Source: Lama guanicoe
Lineage: Eukaryota
NCBI GenBank assembly: GCA_013239625.1
Contig: MU054338.1
Location: 6,426,724-6,490,723 of the forward strand
DNA: 64,000 nt
Direction of reading: 5' to 3'
The notes beneath the pieces were generated by a model. The model had not been told where the DNA came from and made no database searches. It saw nothing but the letters and a program-made list of their open reading frames with translations. How positions within the stretch are numbered: position 1 is the stretch's first letter; each line of letters begins with the position of its first letter. The position numbers and the translations under genes were made by a program. Positions 49,380 through 61,057 of the stretch are shown in pieces.

Positions 49380-49800
49380 CACATCCGAAGCTCCGCCCCT
49401 CCCAGCCGTCGCAGCGTTGGCCGACTGCGCCACTCACCTGGTGGCCTCCCCTTTAAGACGGCTCACCTGGGTGCTCACCTGCGCGCGGGCGCTTCCGCAG
49501 GAAGAAGGAAGCGGCACGGCTGTCGCCTCCCGGCGCTCCCTCCCCACCGCCCAGGTCCGCCGGTCGCCACCATGTCTGCCTCGGCTGTCTTCATCCTCGA
49601 CGTCAAGGGCAAGGTGAGGCCGGGCGCTGGGCAGCGGGGGACGCACAGGTGAGGCTGCGCGCTCCCGGACCCAGCGGCGGCCCCTCCCCGCGCGGCGCGC
49701 GGCCCCAGGGAGCTGCGGGGACGCGGGAGCGCCCCCTCCCCCAACCCCTGGGAGGCCCGCGTCCATTCCCTCCTCCACTGTTTACCGGCCGCGTGTCCGG
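49380..49800 (+). promoter_or_regulatory. AP1M2 CpG-rich promoter with clustered CTCACCTG (ZEB/Snail-type) E-boxes
   Basis: CACCTG at 49435, 49464 and 49476, CAGGTGAG at 49646, GC box near 49393. Confidence 0.75.
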
Positions 49801-52800
49801 GACAGTGAACTCCACCTTTCTGGGCCTCAGTCTCCCTGTCCGTACAAATGGGAATAACAGAAGGGCCCACTCAGGAAGAATTCACATAACCTTACGCGTG
49901 TACACGACCTAACACCGGAGCTCTGTTGTAAACATCAGGCATTCAATCAATTGAAAGTATTTCTATCACCACCATCATCCGCTGTATTAACATTTGGGAA
50001 ATACTAATTCTGGGGCAGGGGCAGGAGATGCTAATTCCCCTTTGGGGCTGTCTTGTCCCCTTCGACTTGTCATTCAATAGCAATGACAACAGTGGTGATG
50101 AGAACAATATTCCTGATGGTAACAGTAGTGAGAGCTACAGGGTGTGAGGACCTGCGGGGTGCCGTCCTGGTTCTAAACACCGGACTAAACAACCTCGCCA
50201 CGTAGGTATCATTGTTAGTGACTGCTTTCTGCCTGCCAGGCAGAGCTACGTGTGTTAGGAGAGTCGTGTGGATAGAATCATTTCAATTCTTTCCCTCTTT
50301 CATCCTCTCAGTTCTTTTTCTTCTTCTTTTTTTTTTCCCCTGGAGGGGAAAGGTAATTAGGTAAACAAACATAATTGTTTACCTAATTGCCTTATTTAAG
50401 GTTTTTTTTTTTTTTAATAGAGGTACTGGGAATTGAACTCAGGCCTCATGCATGCTAAGCACACGCTCTACCACGGAGCTATACACCTGCCCCACTCTCA
50501 TCATTTCTACCTCACTGATTCGGTGAATTTGAATTGAAGCCTTAGGAGGAGGAATCCTGGAGCAAGGGCACCTTGATTCAACTCCCAGCGTCCCCACTTC
50601 TTTGGACATGGTTCATAGCTCAGTTTCCCCATCTGTAAAATGGAGATGATGATACCACCTACCTTATGGGGTTGTGGTGACAACTGAACAAATCAGCAAG
50701 TATCCAGGCTTTAGTAGAACCCAACCTAGACGTCAGCCGGGGCTTGGATCACTCCAGCTGTTGTTTTCACGTGCCCATTTTGCAGAGGAGGAAACTGAGA
50801 TGCGGAGAGGCAGAGCCTTATCCAAGCCCCTCAGCCAGCAAGTAGGGTCAGAGCCCTGCCCTCTGATGCCCCCAGGGAGAGGGTCCCTGGATCCCAGCGT
50901 TGACTGGACATTCTCTGCCCACCCTCAGCCCCTGATCAGCCGCAACTACAAGGGCGATGTGGCCATGAGCGAGATCGAACACTTCATGCCTCTGCTCATG
51001 CAGCGGGAGGAGGAGGGCGCCCTCACCCCGCTGCTGAGCCATGGCCGAGTCCACTTCCTGTGGATCAAATACAGCAACCTCTACTGTATCCAGCCACAGG
51101 CGGGTCCCTGCGAGCCTGGGGTGGTGGCCCAGAGATGGCGGGGTGGGAGAGGAAGTGCACAGCACATCAGTGGTGCAGGCTGGAAGGTGAAGGTGGACAG
51201 GGTGGGGGTTCCAGTTCTGTGCTCCATTCAAACCCTCCAAAATGACACCTTTTCCTTGACTCGCTGCCTGCAGTGGTGGCCACCACACTGAAGAATGCCA
51301 ACGCCTCCCTCGTGTACTCCTTCCTCTACAAGACAGTGGAGGTAGGTCCTTGCCTTCCACTGGCCAGCTGGTCTGTCTACCTGTCTTGCCCCCCTCTTTC
51401 AGTATCCATCTCTCCTAGAAAGCTTTCCATGATCTCCCTTGGGGTGCCCCCAGTCAAACCCCCATCACTCCATGCTCTCTTTGGCTGCTGTAGGTTCATC
51501 TCTCCCTAGAGCAGAGACCAAGAAGGTCTCCAAGAGGGTGTACTGCTCAAATCTGAACTGGAGGGAACTGAGTTCCAAACCCAGCTCCCTCCCGGCCTGA
51601 CTATATGACCTTGGACGAGTCATTTCTCTCTGTGCCTCTAAACTAGGGGTTACAATAAGTACTGCCTCAGGGCTGTTGTACAAATTAATGAGATCCGTAC
51701 CTCTGAAGTGCCTAAAACAGTGCTCAGCATACAGTAAGTGCTCAATAAAGATTGAGTATTATTATTAACATTATGACTAATGTCACATCGCACAATCAAA
51801 TAGGGATTGGGTGCTTAGTATAGGCCATCCTTGATGACTGAGAAAGTGCTCAGTAAATACTTTTCAACAAACAAGAGATCTGTATTTGATTTGTCTCCTC
51901 TGCGCCAGACAGAGGAGGGACCCAGTGGTACATGAGACAGGCATGCTCCCTGCCTGTGCTGAGGAGTTAAAGGGCATGAAGGAGATTCATTGTGACAACC
52001 AGTGACTGGGTACTAGTCTCACTGTGATACTCACAGGGGTTGAGGGATAGCGGTGGCTTCACTGAGGAGGTAACATTGGAGCTGAGGACTGTAACAAGGA
52101 GCCTGCTATGAGGAGAGTGTCCTAGGCAGAGGGGATAGCATGTGCAAAGGCCCTGAGGTGGGAATAGAAAGAAGGCCGGAGAGGCCAGAGCAGATGTTCG
52201 ATGGCTGACAGGTTCTCTGCTGTGGTCATGTGTACTAAGTCTCAGGGGCTCTTATCTTGGGTTCCCTCAAGCCCCAAGGGCCCCTGGATATAATTCAGGA
52301 AGTCCATGAACTTAGACATCTTTCTGTTTACTAGTTTTCCTTTGCCATCCTGTGTATTTTATTTTTTGCTTTTACAGGCCTTATTCTGAGGTGGGTCCAT
52401 TAACATCACCAGATACACAGGGATCCATAGTCCATAAAACAAAAAACAAAAACATTCTGAGCTCTTCCAATCCCTCCTCCAGGAAATCTTCCTGGACCTC
52501 CCTGCCTCTGGGCTCCTACTTTGCTTGTATTTTTCTCATTATTGCACCCAACATGTTGGATGATATTGTTCTCACTACCAGTCCATTTACCCCACTAGAC
52601 TGTACCATGAGGGCAGAGACCCTGTTGGCAGTGCCATTATTGTCCTGGCACTGGTATACAGCGGGCACTCAATAGTTACTTGTTGGATTGCTGGATCAGT
52701 GGGGACCCAGCCCTGGCCTGGGCTACACCAGCCACATCTCCATGGGTGTCGGTCTCCCCACACCCCCAGGTATTCACTGAATACTTCAAGGAGCTGGAGG

Positions 52801-55800
52801 AGGAGAGCATCCGAGACAACTTCGTCATCATCTACGAGCTGCTGGATGAGCTCATGGACTTCGGCTTCCCGCAGACCACCGACAGCAAGATCCTGCAGGA
52901 GTGAGTGGGCCTTGGGTTTAGCCGCAGAGTGGGCCACGGGTGGAAGTTGGAGAGGGCCGGTGAGTGTCCCTAGGCCCACCTGCTTGTTCCCCTGCCCTCC
53001 TGCCAGGTACATCACGCAGCAGGGCAACAAACTGGAGACAGGCAAGTCGCGGGTGCCACCCACCGTCACCAATGCTGTGTCCTGGCGCTCTGAGGGCATC
53101 AAGTACAAGAAGAACGAGGTCTTCATTGATGTCATAGAGTCGGTCAATCTGCTGGTGAGCCTTCACACCTCCGCCCCAGCCCCACTACGGTCTGGGGGCA
53201 AGAGAGGGGACCCTATACCTGTTGACCCCTCCATGTGTGCATCCTCAGGTCAATGCCAATGGCAGTGTCCTGCTGAGCGAGATCGTGGGCACCATCAAGC
53301 TCAAGGTGTTTCTGTCGGGAATGCCCGAGCTGCGGCTGGGCCTCAACGACCGCGTGCTCTTCGAGCTCACTGGCCGTAAGCTTATGGAAGAGGGCCCACA
53401 GGGGACCCCTCTCGCCCCATCTGGGGACCCACAGAATCGCAGTCAGTTCTGAAATAGCACTTGCGCGCCCTCTGCTGGTTATGATCAGTACTGCAACTTC
53501 TGGTTCCCTGGCAAACAACGCTGCTTCATTGAGAACCAGGCCCAGGGACACCATAGTGAAACAAACAAACAATCAAACAAACAAACAAAACAAAACAAAC
53601 CCCTGCCCTCATGGAGCTGACATTTCACTTGGAGGAGGAGACAGAATAGCATTATATGTAACAATTATGTGTATGGCAGCAAGAGCCAGATTCCTTGAAT
53701 TGGCATCCTAGCTTTGCCCCTGGCCAGCTGGGTGACCCTGGAAAAGTTACTCAGCCACTCTGGGCCTCAGTTTCCTCATCTGTAAAGTGGGGGTGATAGT
53801 AACAGTAGACAGGAAAGGTAGGGGTAGGGACTCTGCCCCGGGTTTCAGGGTCACTCTGCTAACTCGGCTCTGAGTTTCAGGGAGCAAGAACAAGTCCGTG
53901 GAACTGGAGGATGTGAAATTCCACCAGTGTGTGCGGCTCTCCCGCTTCGACAACGACCGAACAATCTCCTTCATCCCACCTGACGGTGACTTCGAGCTCA
54001 TGTCCTACCGCCTCAGCACCCAGGTGAGGCAGGGTCAAGCCCATAGCAAGGGGCAAGAGGTGGCCCCAGAGCCTCGGAGAAACTCCCTCTTCTGTCTATA
54101 GGTCAAGCCACTGATCTGGATTGAATCTGTCATTGAGAAATTCTCCCACAGCCGCGTGGAGATCATGGTCAAGGTGGGCCCTGGGGAATAACTACTCTCA
54201 ATGCTTAATCTGCCCCTTCCATCACTGCCAACAATCTAACCTCATCTCCCACCTCCCTACTTCCTTCCAGCCACGCTGGTCTCCTGGCTGGTTCTGAGAC
54301 ATGTCAGACATGGTCCCCTGCTGTCCTCTCTCCCTGGATCACTCTGCCCCCAGCCACCCAGATATCTACATGGGGCTCCTTCCTTCACCTCCTTCAGTTA
54401 TTTGCTTAAATGTCACCTCCTCAGAGGAGCCTCCCCTGATTTCCTCACCTCCCTTCTTTGTTCTATTTTTTTCCTTATCATTTACCATCATCTGACACAT
54501 GATATGTTTTACTTACTTACTTTCATATATGTATACACACCGCATAGTGTATTTATATGATTTAAAGATTAATAATAAGCCACCCAGCTTATCTGACCAT
54601 GCTTGGCTTGGCCAGAGCCTCTGAACCCCCACTTGTCTCTCCCTCATTTACACTCCTCCCTTACCCACAGGCAATTGCTATCTTGAATTTCACATAGATT
54701 ATTTCTTTGCTTTTCTTTGTAATTTTGCCACCCGTATTTGTAACCATAAATATTTCATTCTGCCAGTTTCTGACCTTCATATCTACGGATTCTGGCCATA
54801 TGACTTTTTGTGTAACTTGCTTTGCACATGTGATGTTAATTTTTAAGAGGAATCTCAGGAGCCATAGCTTAGAGCACCCATTTCTGTGGCTGTAGAATAT
54901 TTCACCATGAGAATCTTTCATCCCTTCTCTTTCTCTCTCTCTCTCTTTTTTTATTGCATTTTTTTATTGAAGTATAGTCAATTTACAATGTTGTGTCAAT
55001 TTCTGGTGCACAGCATAATGTTTCAGTCATACATATACAGACACATATGTGTTTTCATATTCTTTTCCATTATAGGTTACTACAAGATATTGAATATAGT
55101 TTCATGTGTTTCATCCTTTCCCTTGCCTGGGTTGTTTTCAGTTCTTGGCTATTTGGGGTCACATGGCCATGAACAGCTTTGTGCACATCTCCCAGTGCCC
55201 CCATTATGAGCTTCTCCAGACCATATAGTTAGTTCTCTTTTACAGGTGGGGATTCTGAGGCCCAGATGGATGGAGATGTCACTTATCTGCCTGCTCAGAT
55301 GAGGGGTCCTTTTGAAGCAGGCAAAGGCGTTTCTCGTGGGTGTGGACCCCAGATCTGCCACTTGTAGGCTGTGTGTCTCCAGGCAAATGCCTTAACTTCT
55401 CTGTGCCTTTGTTCCATCATCTGAAAATGGGAAGGATTATGATCCCCACTTCAGGCTGTGGATGCTTTTGATGAGATGGTGCATGGAAAGACATTGGTGA
55501 ACATTTGCATGAGTGAATTCTGTGTGTCCTGTGCTGTCTCCACTGACAGGCCAAGGGGCAATTTAAGAAGCAGTCGGTGGCCAACAGCGTGGAGATATCT
55601 GTGCCTGTACCCAGTGACGCTGACTCCCCACGCTTCAAGACCAGCGTGGGCAGTGCCAAGTATGTGCCGGAAAAGAATGTTGTTATTTGGAGTATCAAGT
55701 CTTTCCCGGTGAGCACTGGAGATGGGCGGGGGATTGGGGGACCTGCCCATGTAGCTTGAGGGCAAGGCAGAGAATAAATTGGAGAACCATGTTCACAGGC

Positions 55801-57351
55801 ACATGGCTAGCTTTTGATAGGTGATAGAGGTGGAAACCAGGCCAGCATGGTGGTTAAACTCTCCATGTCCCAGGTCTTGAGGAGACCGACCCTGGGTTCA
55901 GATTCCTCTCCCTTGTCTCTGTGAGCTAGACAGCCTTGGGACACCCACTTCCCCTCATGGAGCCTTGGTTGCTCATCTGTGAAATGGGCAGGATCCTGTT
56001 CACCATGTCTTGGGCTGCTAGAGGATCTGGTCTGTCCCTGGGATCTGGGGCGGGGGTGTTCATAGGGGTCTGGAAAATGGGGGACGATCATTAGAAGGCC
56101 CCTGATCAGGTTTTGCAGTCAGAGGCTTCAGCAGTGAGTCTTGGCCAGGAGCCTTTACTTTCTTGTCCATGAAATGGGCTGAGAGCAGAGCCAGCCCTGG
56201 GGGGTGTTGTGAATATGTTCTGGGGTATATAGGGCCCCCTCAGTGTGTCTGATACCCCCATGTGCCCTCAGGGGGGCAAGGAGTACCTGATGCGAGCCCA
56301 TTTTGGCCTCCCCAGCGTGGAGAAGGAGGAGGTAGAGGGCCGGCCCCCCATTGGGGTCAAGTTTGAGATTCCCTATTTCACTGTCTCCGGGATCCAGGTG
56401 AGGGAAGTGGGAAGGGTGACCCCTCTCCTTGACCTCAGTGTGTTCCCCTCTCTCTCATCTCTTGGCTGGGATCACTTACATTCCCTGGGCTGGGTCATCT
56501 CTCCTTTGCAATCATCCTTACCTTTTCCTGGAACAATGTTGATTTTTCTGCTCTCAGCCTGGGTCCCCTCTCCCTTCACCTCTCACTATGCCCTGTGCCC
56601 AAACTGTGCTGTGTCTATTCCCTTATACAGTGGCATCTTTCCCACTGTTCTGGACCACCTCCCCCCAACCCCCCACCATGGCCCTTACCACATCTCTGCC
56701 CTGAGCCATGTTACTTCATTACTCCCAGCTGTGCCACCTTATTCCCCCAAGTCATGGTGCATGTATTCCCCTGGCCCCAGCCAGCTCTCTCCCCCTAGCT
56801 TGGGCCACCTCCTTTCATCCCCTTCCAGGTCCGATACATGAAGATCATCGAGAAGAGTGGTTACCAGGCCCTGCCGTGGGTCCGCTATATCACTCAGAGT
56901 GGTGGTAAGGCAGCCTGGCTCCCTGGAACAATGGGGGCAAAAAGATGAGAGGGGTGGTCCTGGGGCTTTGATACATCCTGTCTCAGAGGGCTCCAAGACT
57001 CATCAGGCCTTGCCCCAGGCCTAATCCATCTTTGTCTGTATGCCACCCTGGGCCTCAGTTTCCTTATCTTTAAAATGGGGACAGTTGCCAGTTCCATGGT
57101 AGTGGTGGTGGGTTTGGATGAAGGGCTGAACATATAGTCCCCTCCGTCTACTGCCTGGAAACAGGCTTGTTGCTATGGTTACAGTCCCTGTGTTTGACCC
57201 CATCCTTCCCCTTGTTACATACTTGTGGGGTTGATGATGAGCCCTGGGGAAAGGGATGGATTTGGGGGAGGCACTGCCCTTCTGTCTCCCCAGTTCTGAG
57301 ATTGTCCCTGCTCCTTGTTTCCCTGCAGATTATCAGCTTCGTACCAGCTAG
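49572..57351 (+). CDS. AP1M2: AP-1 complex subunit mu-2 (mu1B), 423 aa
   Basis: Exons 49572-49613, 50929-51085, 51274-51341, 52770-52900, 53007-53154, 53249-53375, 53881-54023, 54102-54173, 55550-55708, 56272-56397, 56829-56904, 57329-57351; sum 1272 nt = 423 aa + TAG. Peptide MSASAVFILDVKGKPLISRNYKGDVAMSEIEHFMPLL...YQALPWVRYITQSGDYQLRTS; Kozak GCCACCATG. Confidence 0.97.
50343..50490 (-). mobile_element. tRNA-derived SINE (Vic-1-like) with rearranged palindromic tail
   Basis: Reverse complement of the consensus; hairpin at 50350-50393. Confidence 0.8.
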
Positions 57352-57694
57352 AAGGAAGAAGAGGTGAACCCGGGCTGTCCTCTCCCCAGGTCTCCACTGC
57401 AGACTCTAGAGAGGGATGGAATATGGGGGCTGTGTGTGTGAGGGTAGACCCTGAGTTAGCAGTGTCTTGCTCCCTGAGTTTTTCCTTTACCCATAGGCTG
57501 GGAAGAATGTTTTCCAGGCTCCCGCCCTTCCCCTCCTCCTCCAATTTTATATGAAGAAATAGAAGAGGGGCTTGAAGTCCCCCTCATGAGTGCCTTCGTG
57601 CAGTGACCTGCCTTAGGAGGTGTGGAGGGGGTCCCTCCTCCTCCACAGCTGCTGAGCCCAGAGGCCCCGCTGGCCCATTCTGTTTTAGGATGGC

Positions 57695-57700
57695 ATTAAA
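57695..57700 (+). terminator. AP1M2: AP1M2 polyadenylation signal ATTAAA
   Basis: ATTAAA about 345 nt after the stop, followed by GT-rich tgtgtatgtgcttttt. Confidence 0.65.
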
Positions 57701-57902
57701 AAGATTAATCTTGCTGCTGTGTATGTGCTTTTTGGCTGGGGACTGGGGATGCCAGGGATGTCCCTAAAGTGCTGGGATAAGAGAGGGCAATGCATATTCG
57801 TTTCTCAGCCCTGGTCATCCCTCCTCTGGGCCCTCGCAGTTGCCTCCGCCTTTGTCCCCCTGGCTCCGGGGTTTCCTCCCCAACGACAGCCAGTTCCACT
57901 TA

Positions 57903-57920
57903 TGGCCGCCAGGGGGCGCC
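57903..57920 (+). promoter_or_regulatory. CTCF-type motif
   Basis: TGGCCGCCAGGGGGCGCC is one mismatch from the CTCF core TGGCCACCAGGGGGCGC. Confidence 0.65.
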
Positions 57921-58759
57921 TGTTAACGCCTAAGACCATGGCTTTTCTGCTCTGAACCCTCCCAGGGTTCCATTCTTTATAAAAAAGTGAAAGTCTAGTG
58001 CTCACCGCAGCCCACAAGCCTGATCTGCATTACCCCATCTCGCCTCACCTATCGATTCTCACCTCCCTCCTCTCCCTCTGTACCTCACTCTTCCTGGATT
58101 TATCAGACACGCTCTGGATTTACCAGGCACGCTCCCACCTCAGGGCCTTTGCATCTGTAGTGCCTCCACCTGGCATGCTTTCCCCCAAATATCCACATTG
58201 CTCCATCCCTCGCTTTCAGGTCTCAAATGAAATGTCACCTCCTCAGGGTGGCCCTCCCTGACCTCTCTATTTCAGCGGTCTTCCTTTCCCAAGAGACTAT
58301 CACTTATCCCGTTTTATGAGCTCCTTAGTGTATACCGCTCTGAAGATACTTAATTATCTTCTCTAGCCCCAGTCAGCGCCCTGCAGCAAGAGGCACCCTG
58401 CTTGCTCTCCACGTGAGCGCCTAGTACACATAAGGTACTCCGGAATTGTTTGAAGTCCTCTGTTAAGAGCCGCCTCCGACCTCTACCTTCACCTCCCAGG
58501 CTCACCCATGTGGCAGCTGCAGCGTGGAACTTTCCTCCACGCCCTTGCACTTGCTGTGCCAGGGCTGGCTCAATCTGAGCCAGAACGTGATTCCTTCCGC
58601 ACCCACCCCATTTCCACATTTTATTTTCTTCACGGTGCTTAACGCTATCTAAAATTATTTAGTTGTGCGCTCCAGCGCCGGGAACCGTTCCTGCACACAA
58701 AGATTGAATGAAATAAAGCGCTCAGCGTATAGTAAGAGTTAATAAATGCTTATCGCACG

Positions 58760-59780
58760 CCGGAACGGTAGAACCCCGAACTGGGCGTCCTCAGCCCTGC
58801 CTCCCTCTCCCCCAGCGGTGCCGAGGTGCCGGAGCAGCCCGCGCTACACTGCCCCTGCCCTTTATCCCCCGAGTCGGTTAAAACGGCCCTCTTTCCCGCC
58901 CGCCCGGCGCGTTTGAAAAACCGAAAACCCCGCCATTGCCGGCGGTCCACCGGTCGCCGCTGTTAGTCCAATCAGCAACGGCCCCGCCCACGCCAGGGCG
59001 CAAAGCCTCCCTGGCGACGAGTGGCCATTGGCTGCGCTGGCCGCGTGGGCGCGGCACTACCAGGTCGCGAGCCGGGCAACGCGGCGGGGCTACAACGTAG
59101 CTAGTTCGTAAGAAAACAAATCCGTGGCGTTAGGGGGCGGGGCCTCGAGCGCGCTGGCTCCGCCCTCTGGCGGACGGCTCGGCTGCGGCGACTGAGTCTG
59201 CTCAGAATAGACCCCGCCCGTCGAGGAGGAGGGAGGGTGAGTTGAGGGGAGACCCGGCCCATAAGGGGCGGGCGCCGGGCAGGGCCCTGCGGGTGGCGGA
59301 GGGTAGGGCCCGACTCCCAGCCCCTGGCTACCCACCGGCTGACAGTGGGAGGAGCCACCCGGGAGGGCGGGGGTCGCGCCGGAGCCCGGGACTGGGGAGT
59401 CGGACCGGGAGCCTCGCGCAGGCCGGGGACGCCACGAGAGGGCTGTTCGGGCCACTGCTGGCAGGCTCCCCGGCACTGACCGCTCCGGGGTGGGGCGGGG
59501 GGCTTCACAGGTCACCAGTGTCGACATGCTGCTGGAGGAGGTCCGCGCCGGCGACCGGCTTAGTGGGGCCGCGGCCCGAGGCGACGTGCTGGAGGTGCGC
59601 CGCCTTCTGCACCGCGAGCTGGTGCACCCCGACGCCCTGAACCGCTTTGGCAAGACTGCGCTGCAGGTGAGGCCCGGCAGGCCAGTAGCGAGGGCAAGGC
59701 GAGGAGCGGGGCGGGGACTGGGACCCCAAACCCCTTCCCTCTCGTCTCCCGTCCAGGGTGGTGGCCGACTGGGGTCTATT
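58760..59780 (+). promoter_or_regulatory. CDKN2D CpG island / promoter with cell-cycle elements
   Basis: E2F site TTTCCCGC 58892-58899, CHR-like TTTGAA 58912-58917 after GGCGCG, CCAAT 58968, ATTGG 59027, GC boxes. Confidence 0.8.
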
Positions 59781-61057
59781 CCTCCATCTCCGGGCTGACG
59801 TTCCTCCCTGATGTCCCCTTTCTTAGGTGGGTGGTTGGATGGGTTTAAGTTGGGGGAGGGGAGGGCTTTCCACCTTTGGAGGATTCCTTGTTCTCTGATT
59901 TCGGAGGATTCAGTTTCCCTGGAGAAGCTCTTATTCCGTAGGTGAGGGTTCAGCTTCTTTGGATCCCAGTTTCATGGGGACGGCTGTGGTTTCTTGGAGC
60001 TTCCACTGACGGATCCAATCCTGGAAGGAAGGATTCATGTTTCCAGGGCCCATTTTCTGGGGGTTCTCTGAGAGATGTAGTTTCTTGAGGATGAATCTCC
60101 ATTCCGGGGGGATTTTCAGATTGCTATATCATGGAAGGTCCCAATAAGAGAATAGTTACAGATTGAATGGGCATCTTTATTGCCTTGGGAGTATTTACAA
60201 CAGGGGAACCACATTTCTTGAGGGGGTCAGGTACTCTGGGGAGCATCTACATTATATGGGAGGAGGAATTTCCTTGGATAAGGGGTTTCAAATTCCCTAC
60301 GCATCTCCTTTCCCTTGAGGGGGCTGTTTTCATTCTCTGAGGTCTATTTCCTGGTGGGGGTTTCATATTTCCTGATGATTTCCCGTATGTGGAAAGTGGT
60401 ATCAACTGGTTCCTTGGGGGGAGGGTCTTAGATTTCTTGACAATTTCCTTTGGTGTTATTCTCTAGGGAGGTGTATTGTCCTTAGGGGTAACCAATTTTT
60501 TGAGGGTCCCTATTCCCAGGAGACCTTGTTCTCTGGTGTCTCAACAGCTGCCTGGGAGTTTATGTTCCCTGGGGTTTCTCATTCTCTAGAGGACCTCATC
60601 TCTCGTATTCTCTACTCTTGAATGACCCCTCTCTCCAATCACCCCTTTTCCTGGGCCTCCACTTTTGAGAACCCCCTGACCCTCTGCCCTCAAACAGGTC
60701 ATGATGTTTGGCAGCCCCACCATCGCGCTGGAGCTCCTGAAGCAAGGTGCCAGCCCCAATGTCCAGGATGCCTCCGGCACCACTCCGGCCCATGATGCAG
60801 CCCGCACTGGATTTCTTGACACCCTGAAAGTGTTGGTAGAGCATGGAGCTGATGTCAACGTACCTGATGGTACCGGGGCACTCCCCATCCACCTGGCAGT
60901 GCGAGAGGGCCACACAGCTGTGGTCAGTTTCCTGGCTGCTGAGTCAGATCTCCATCACAGGGATGCCAGGGGACTCACACCCCTGGAGCTGGCTCGGGGG
61001 AGAGGTGCTCAGGATCTCATGGACATACTGCAGGGGCACCCAGTGGCACCGCTGTGA
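59526..61057 (+). CDS. CDKN2D: Cyclin-dependent kinase 4 inhibitor D (p19INK4d), 166 aa, ankyrin repeats
   Basis: Exons 59526-59666 and 60698-61057; 501 nt. Peptide [71 protein letters not shown]...LQGHPVAPL. Confidence 0.97.

Noticed and set aside
56245..56841. 198-aa ORF extending AP1M2 exon 10 into the intron
   Set aside because: Only 56272-56397 is AP1M2 coding; the rest is pyrimidine-rich intron after a good CAG|GTGAGG donor.
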